In this document: positions 59,238-64,000 of the stretch, piece by piece
Layout of the letters: the number at the start of each line of letters is the position of its first letter
Position numbering within the stretch: the stretch's first letter is position 1
NCBI GenBank assembly: GCA_000002435.2
Contig: CM018791.1
Reading direction: 5' to 3' (one strand)
DNA: 64,000 nucleotides
From: Giardia intestinalis
Taxonomy: Eukaryota
Notes under the pieces: generated by a model
Told to the model about the DNA's origin: nothing
Seen by the model: the letters and a program-made list of their open reading frames with translations, nothing else
Databases searched by the model: none
Program-made: the position numbers and the translations under genes

Positions 59238-62198
59238 TTACTGCCTTCTGTTTCTTTTTGCCCTGTCCTGGCGGTCCAAGATGCTATCCTGCGATGAGAG
59301 GTCTTTCGAGAACGGATGCGAGAAGTCTGGGATTGCTACATGCCGTCCACCTGACTGTGAGGGTGAGTAGGACTGGAGTAGCGGCAAGGAGTGGGAGCTC
59401 ATGTTGTCCATAGAGCTGTATGCCTGATCAATCTGCCCATTTCCTGCTTGTCCTCTGCGGGTTTTTTGTTTCAGATCTGAGCTGCCTAACCGAGAGGGGC
59501 CGTACTCTATGCTTAGTTCTCTATTAACCAACTGAACAGCCTTTGCTCGCTTGCTTGCCAGTGTATATTTATATCTATATTTCAAGAACAGAGAGAGGAC
59601 CGTGATGAAGAGGAGCAGGATGAGTGTCGCAACGGACCAGAACACGACAATAAGGGCTATAGACATCTTAGAATGATAACCAACAAAGCTTATGAACTCC
59701 TCTCCACTGAAAGAAGAGGAAAGATACCGAGTCTCGTAAAACTGAATGGTAGTCCTATCGATGGTGTGCCCCCAGATAGGGTCTACTATCGGCTGGTTGG
59801 TAAGATTGCTTGCAGCGGTATCGACAGCTGCCACAACCACTAAGTAGTAAGGCTCGTGCTTGTACGAAGGAAGGTCAACGGGAATGCGAAGCATGGACCA
59901 GGTGTTATTTGCTTGCTCGATAAACTCAGGAGTATATATTTCAGTATTGTCTGCAGCGGGTGCAACGACCCACTCGCTTACTCTATAAACAACATTAGAT
60001 GTATCCATATCTTGTACACTAGGTGTATGCTCTAGTGCCCCCTCTAGCCCACATCTGGAAATAGGGACCATCGGATAGGCCTGTCTAACCTCAGCCACGG
60101 ATGCACACGGGACCAAGTAAACGGCGTATGCAATATGAATGCCGGCCTCTCCGGTGTAAGCGGTGTACCTTTGTGCCGGTGCCTTGGCGCTATCCACCTC
60201 AATTATGTCAGACATAAGTCCCGTATGGATTCTAACTCGCGAATCGCCAATGATGATCCCCGCAAACCTTGTTAAATACCCAATTTTATAAGAGATTGCT
60301 GAGGGAGAGACATATTCTGTATCAAGGATCCTAACAAATGTAGCGTATGACGAGTACACAGGGGCATACACCATTGCCTCTGTGATAGGAACAAGCATGT
60401 CCAGGAAATTGATTCCCGAATGATCCATGTTGTCGGTCAGGCGGAGCTTAATTGGTTTTTTGTTGCTTTGATTTGAAAGGAACAGAGACGTATTACAAAC
60501 ATCAAAATAGATGTACCCACTGAGAGTGCTGACTCCCGTAGTGTGGCCAGAGTCTATGTAATATAGGTTCAAGGCCGATAGTGGATTGCTCTCTGTTCCA
60601 TAGAGCAATCCTGGTCTCAACGGAGCTGGCTTGGCCGCGTTTAGAATCAGGAGATCCAAATCAACAGAATGTTCAAGCTTTATATAGATTGAGCCGGTAT
60701 CTGGCTGTACTGAGAAGTCTTCTGGGCGAATCCGGAGGACAGCAGATTTATTTGTTATTGCCTCGAGATAGGTTGGTATGACAGAGCTCCCTGCATAGTT
60801 AACTCCACTAAGGTGGGGGAAGTTCATAACGTAAGCAAGAGAGTTATGAGTTTCGTTCGGATAGACAAGCGTAGTACTTAAGAAGAACTGCACATACGGG
60901 TGAAAGTTGGGAATAGAGACTTCGTAGAACGGGCGGAGCGTGATAACAACAACGAGCTCATCATCTATCCAGCCAGGATTCTCTATGATGAGAAGGGTTG
61001 CCTTGTTGCGATTATTTTTATTCACGAAGGATAGTGTCTCTGTGGCGCCGGTTATGAAGTTAACGTTAGTAAGGAATATCTTGCAGCTCCCGGCACTCTT
61101 TAAATTATATATCTCTGCTGACGTTGAGGCCTGGTACCCGGCAAACGAGGATAAGTCGGAGACATAGATAGAGGAAAGGTATCCTGGCGGAGTTACCTCC
61201 TGTACGGTCATCCACGCGTACCGAAGAGTGTTCTGCAGTATTAGGGAGCAGGCTACACTAAGGATATTATATCTAAGACAGATCCTGATGGAGGAATAAG
61301 GAATGCGCTCGGCGTCGAGACAGGTCGAGCCTATTAGTATTTGTGTTCCTGCTCGATAGTCAGATATGTCAACGGTATAGTGTATGGGTACATTATAATA
61401 GTCTATCTGCAAGTCAGGAGTAAAGCGCTGGTAGCGCTCAACATACGATATTGTCAAAGAGGAGAGTTCGTCGTGGAGATTGACAGTAAGGTAGTAGAAG
61501 CTTGACTCCATAAAGAGGCGCTTTGGGAGCGTTAAGTGGTCCTCTTGGTCGTTGGTAGCAGCAACGTACTGATACGTGTTACCAACAGAGCGAATGAGTA
61601 GGGTGGTAGGGTTGGCCAGCGACTCTCTTTTTGTAGCGAACGGTTGAGAATGAAGATCGATGAAGCAAGTAGGAGGAGCGTTCGCAGGTGTTTTATCGCC
61701 ATCAGAGAATGTGAGGAGGATGTCATGGAGTCCATCGTTTGCTAAGGCGAGAACACGCTCGCTTGCACGTGCATTGCCAGCAATAGTTATACTTTTTCCA
61801 TATATCAACTGCCTAAAGAGCCCGGCTGTGAAGTTTATGGTCGTAGGCATGGTAGCCTGGACTGTGAAATCGATGACAGATGGTGTAGAGCTTTCAGATA
61901 GCTGAATCAAGGAGGCTACTGTTTCCAACGGAATGGCAGTCATGTTGCTTCCCGTCGTTAACAAAAGCGGTATCCTCCCTACAGATACGCTCACAGTCGA
62001 CGTCTTTGCATAGGAAGTAAGGTTGACGCATAGGAGAGGCGAACTATTATGAACTGGCGTATATGTATACCTTATAGTGGCTGTGGAGTCTATGTCTAGA
62101 GAGATTGGTTCCATGTCCTTTATATTATAGACTCCTTCAGTGCTATGGGACGCTAGTATCATGGAAAGAAGAGCGAGTTGCAGTGTTCCCGGCCCCAT
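59238..62198 (-). CDS. Large type-I membrane protein: signal peptide, roughly 900-aa ectodomain, one TM segment and a short cytoplasmic tail.
   Basis: N-terminal MGPGTLQLALLSMILASHS is signal-peptide-like. The C-terminal TM is IALIVVFWSVATLILLLFITVLSLFL, followed by a basic tail. Many N-x-S/T sites. The track start at 62207 is a TTG codon; the first ATG is at 62198. Confidence 0.6.
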   Translation of the reverse strand: MGPGTLQLALLSMILASHSTEGVYNIKDMEPISLDIDSTATIRYTYTPVHNSSPLLCVNLTSYAKTSTVSVSVGRIPLLLTTGSNMTAIPLETVASLIQLSESSTPSVIDFTVQATMPTTINFTAGLFRQLIYGKSITIAGNARASERVLALANDGLHDILLTFSDGDKTPANAPPTCFIDLHSQPFATKRESLANPTTLLIRSVGNTYQYVAATNDQEDHLTLPKRLFMESSFYYLTVNLHDELSSLTISYVERYQRFTPDLQIDYYNVPIHYTVDISDYRAGTQILIGSTCLDAERIPYSSIRICLRYNILSVACSLILQNTLRYAWMTVQEVTPPGYLSSIYVSDLSSFAGYQASTSAEIYNLKSAGSCKIFLTNVNFITGATETLSFVNKNNRNKATLLIIENPGWIDDELVVVITLRPFYEVSIPNFHPYVQFFLSTTLVYPNETHNSLAYVMNFPHLSGVNYAGSSVIPTYLEAITNKSAVLRIRPEDFSVQPDTGSIYIKLEHSVDLDLLILNAAKPAPLRPGLLYGTESNPLSALNLYYIDSGHTTGVSTLSGYIYFDVCNTSLFLSNQSNKKPIKLRLTDNMDHSGINFLDMLVPITEAMVYAPVYSSYATFVRILDTEYVSPSAISYKIGYLTRFAGIIIGDSRVRIHTGLMSDIIEVDSAKAPAQRYTAYTGEAGIHIAYAVYLVPCASVAEVRQAYPMVPISRCGLEGALEHTPSVQDMDTSNVVYRVSEWVVAPAADNTEIYTPEFIEQANNTWSMLRIPVDLPSYKHEPYYLVVVAAVDTAASNLTNQPIVDPIWGHTIDRTTIQFYETRYLSSSFSGEEFISFVGYHSKMSIALIVVFWSVATLILLLFITVLSLFLKYRYKYTLASKRAKAVQLVNRELSIEYGPSRLGSSDLKQKTRRGQAGNGQIDQAYSSMDNMSSHSLPLLQSYSPSQSGGRHVAIPDFSHPFSKDLSSQDSILDRQDRAKRNRRQ

Positions 62199-62270
62199 TA
62201 TGGGCAAAACTGTTTGTAGAGATGAGGATGGGTTTGCTTTTTATTTTTCTCTGAGTATTTCTACTCTACC

Positions 62271-64000
62271 ATGCCTCCTCTGGCCCGTAGAGACCTTACC
62301 ATTCCTGCAGCCCTGCGCGCTATCTCTCGACAAACAGGGCACCGCATCTCATGTGATGAGAAGCGTGCGAAGTCAAGCATCTCTCAGTTTCGCAGCCACT
62401 CCCCTCAACCGTCATACCTTGCATCGGAAGCCCGTCTCAGTGGATACAAAAGTATATTTAAGGCGCAAAATCCACCGAAAGTCCTTTCCAGTATTGATGC
62501 TTTTCTTCGTCCGAACGAAGAAAAGAAAGAACCCATCTCCCCGCCATCAGAGGCGGTCATAGGCTCGCCAAGGATGTTTACCATGAGCCCAAAGTTTGCC
62601 AGAAGTAAGGCACTTGGCATAGATCCCCGCTCTCTAGCGCCCTCAGACAATATTTACTATAAAGCAGCCGAGTTTCCCAGTCAAAATGCAGAGTTCTACA
62701 GCAATCAGCCACCACCCATCACAAGCAGCCTCCCAGATACAGCATACAGCAAGGCGGTTCATCCTCCGACAACCGAGGACGGAATCCGACGTGTGGGCAG
62801 CGTCATGTCTGTGTTGCGGCCAACAGATGCGGCTCCCCGACTAGAAAAGGCGCAAGCAGCAGACTTCCTTTTAGAACAACTCATAGAGAACTCGGTTCAG
62901 ATCCTGCACGGGCTCGGACTCAGTAGGATTTATGAAGCAAACCAGACCCAAAATTGGTATGAATGTGAGGTAATTGCAAAAATGGGTGATAAGTTTGAAG
63001 TGTACTTTCCTGCTATCAACCATAAGAAGATAGTAACATTGAAGAACCTAATATTAAAGCAAATTACGATCACACAGGCCTCTGATGTTACTCTTCCTAT
63101 GTTGCCAAACTACAGTTCGCAGAACACCAACTCAATGGCTGCAATCACTAATGCAATACCCACAGTTCCTGAGGCACAGAGTTTAGCACACGCTCCTTTC
63201 TCACCTCCCTCTGAACAGAGAGACAAGGGCACAGTTGCAGACTCCGCACACATGGCCTCATTCAGTACACTTGCTGATAAGCCAGCGGTTGTTCTTCCTC
63301 CAAGAAAAAAATCCAGACCAGCTCCTCACACCGCTAGTTCTGACTCACATTACCAGTCAGTGCCCATTACCTTAGATGATATAGCAGAAGCAACAGACTC
63401 TCAGCAGATCAATCTGTTTGATGAATCTTTTGATAACTCATCTTTTACCCACGTAATCACACAACCCTATGTTCATGTAACGGTATCTCCCTGTATGCCC
63501 TGCATCTCTCTGGAGCCACCTAGCAGTATGAGCGCATCGGAATGCACAGTAAGAAGTGATATTCAACCCGCACCAGAGCTTGAGGAGCCCGGCTGTGCTA
63601 ACCTTTCCGTCATGGCAGATATGCTCAGTGATCTTATTAATGAAATCACACCAGCGTATAACACGTCACTATTTGGGAAGCGCCCCTCCTCCTGTCGACT
63701 GAATATCACGGACGCTCAATCTGATCCCGATGCAGTCCCTTCAAATATGTACAGGGGACATGCAAATCATACTGGTGCTCCATTTGATTGCGTAGAGTTG
63801 TATGAGGCCACTGAGCAGCCAAACAACGCTAACACTACTTTTGAGTGTACAGATTTCCTTGAGCAGGTGCTGAATAGCGCTAGTCCAGAGGTAAACAATG
63901 ACCCCAAGGAGTCATCTCTTACGGCGAACATTGTTCTCACCGATGCTAAAGGCCCACCAGATATATTCCTTTCCAACGACACAACGACTAGCAAGACCGA
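62271..64000 (+). CDS. Hypothetical protein, 3'-truncated by the window end; at least 576 aa. It is not in the ORF track because it has no stop within the window.
   Basis: I translated the frame by hand: it has no stop from ATG 62271 to the window end. The upstream sequence is A/T-rich (ctttttatttttctctgagtatttctactctacc ATG). It contains NWYECEVIAKMGDKFEVYFPAINHKKIV, which faintly resembles a Tudor-knot/chromo-barrel motif. Divergent from the membrane-protein gene, 72 bp apart. Confidence 0.5.
   Translation, partial: MPPLARRDLTIPAALRAISRQTGHRISCDEKRAKSSISQFRSHSPQPSYLASEARLSGYKSIFKAQNPPKVLSSIDAFLRPNEEKKEPISPPSEAVIGSPRMFTMSPKFARSKALGIDPRSLAPSDNIYYKAAEFPSQNAEFYSNQPPPITSSLPDTAYSKAVHPPTTEDGIRRVGSVMSVLRPTDAAPRLEKAQAADFLLEQLIENSVQILHGLGLSRIYEANQTQNWYECEVIAKMGDKFEVYFPAINHKKIVTLKNLILKQITITQASDVTLPMLPNYSSQNTNSMAAITNAIPTVPEAQSLAHAPFSPPSEQRDKGTVADSAHMASFSTLADKPAVVLPPRKKSRPAPHTASSDSHYQSVPITLDDIAEATDSQQINLFDESFDNSSFTHVITQPYVHVTVSPCMPCISLEPPSSMSASECTVRSDIQPAPELEEPGCANLSVMADMLSDLINEITPAYNTSLFGKRPSSCRLNITDAQSDPDAVPSNMYRGHANHTGAPFDCVELYEATEQPNNANTTFECTDFLEQVLNSASPEVNNDPKESSLTANIVLTDAKGPPDIFLSNDTTTSKT

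Noticed and set aside
91-62207. Several track ORF starts annotated as M.
   Set aside because: At 91, 783, 6968, 30866, 31809, 39595, 41517, 56167 and 62207 the codon is TTG or GTG, not ATG. I re-derived the starts at the first in-frame ATG, most of which have A/T-rich upstream context.
62140-62650. Track ORFs 62140-62562(+) and 62405-62650(-).
   Set aside because: They lie in the wrong frame or strand relative to the long open frame 62271-64000+, which has the A/T-rich start context.
1-64000. Prokaryotic interpretation: operons, CRISPR arrays, or the 3.9 kb arms as insertion-sequence terminal repeats.
   Set aside because: The gene content (VSP, alpha-giardins, NSF, flippase, TFIIS, exosome subunit, histone fold) and the AGTRAAY signals are eukaryotic and Giardia-specific. 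There are no short direct-repeat/spacer arrays and no target-site duplication at the arm ends.

Overview
The window reads as a compact eukaryotic protist chromosome segment, almost certainly Giardia intestinalis. Support: a canonical variant-specific surface protein (VSP) ending in the invariant CRGKA tail; six annexin-like alpha-giardin genes, one of them alpha-1-giardin-like; intergenic spacers mostly 0-250 bp; AGTRAAY-type polyadenylation signals just after stop codons. I call 34 protein-coding genes, two of them running off the window edges. They include a P4-type phospholipid flippase, NSF, three giant coiled-coil proteins, a TFIIS zinc-ribbon factor, an exosome Rrp4/Rrp40-like subunit, an MFS transporter, a NEK-like (probably degenerate) kinase, a WD40 protein, a histone-fold protein and a CCDC61/VFL3-like protein. 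The most unusual structure is a roughly 11.4 kb palindromic module. Two near-identical 3.9 kb inverted-repeat arms (18857-22770 and 26330-30215; one SNP seen) flank a 3.56 kb spacer holding a single VSP gene. Each arm carries one copy of a 269-aa Myb/SANT-like gene with a proline-rich tail. A third, diverged paralog lies at 53268-54242. The arms are extremely GC-rich and open in all six frames. The ORF track also begins several ORFs at TTG/GTG codons, so I re-derived ATG starts directly from the sequence.
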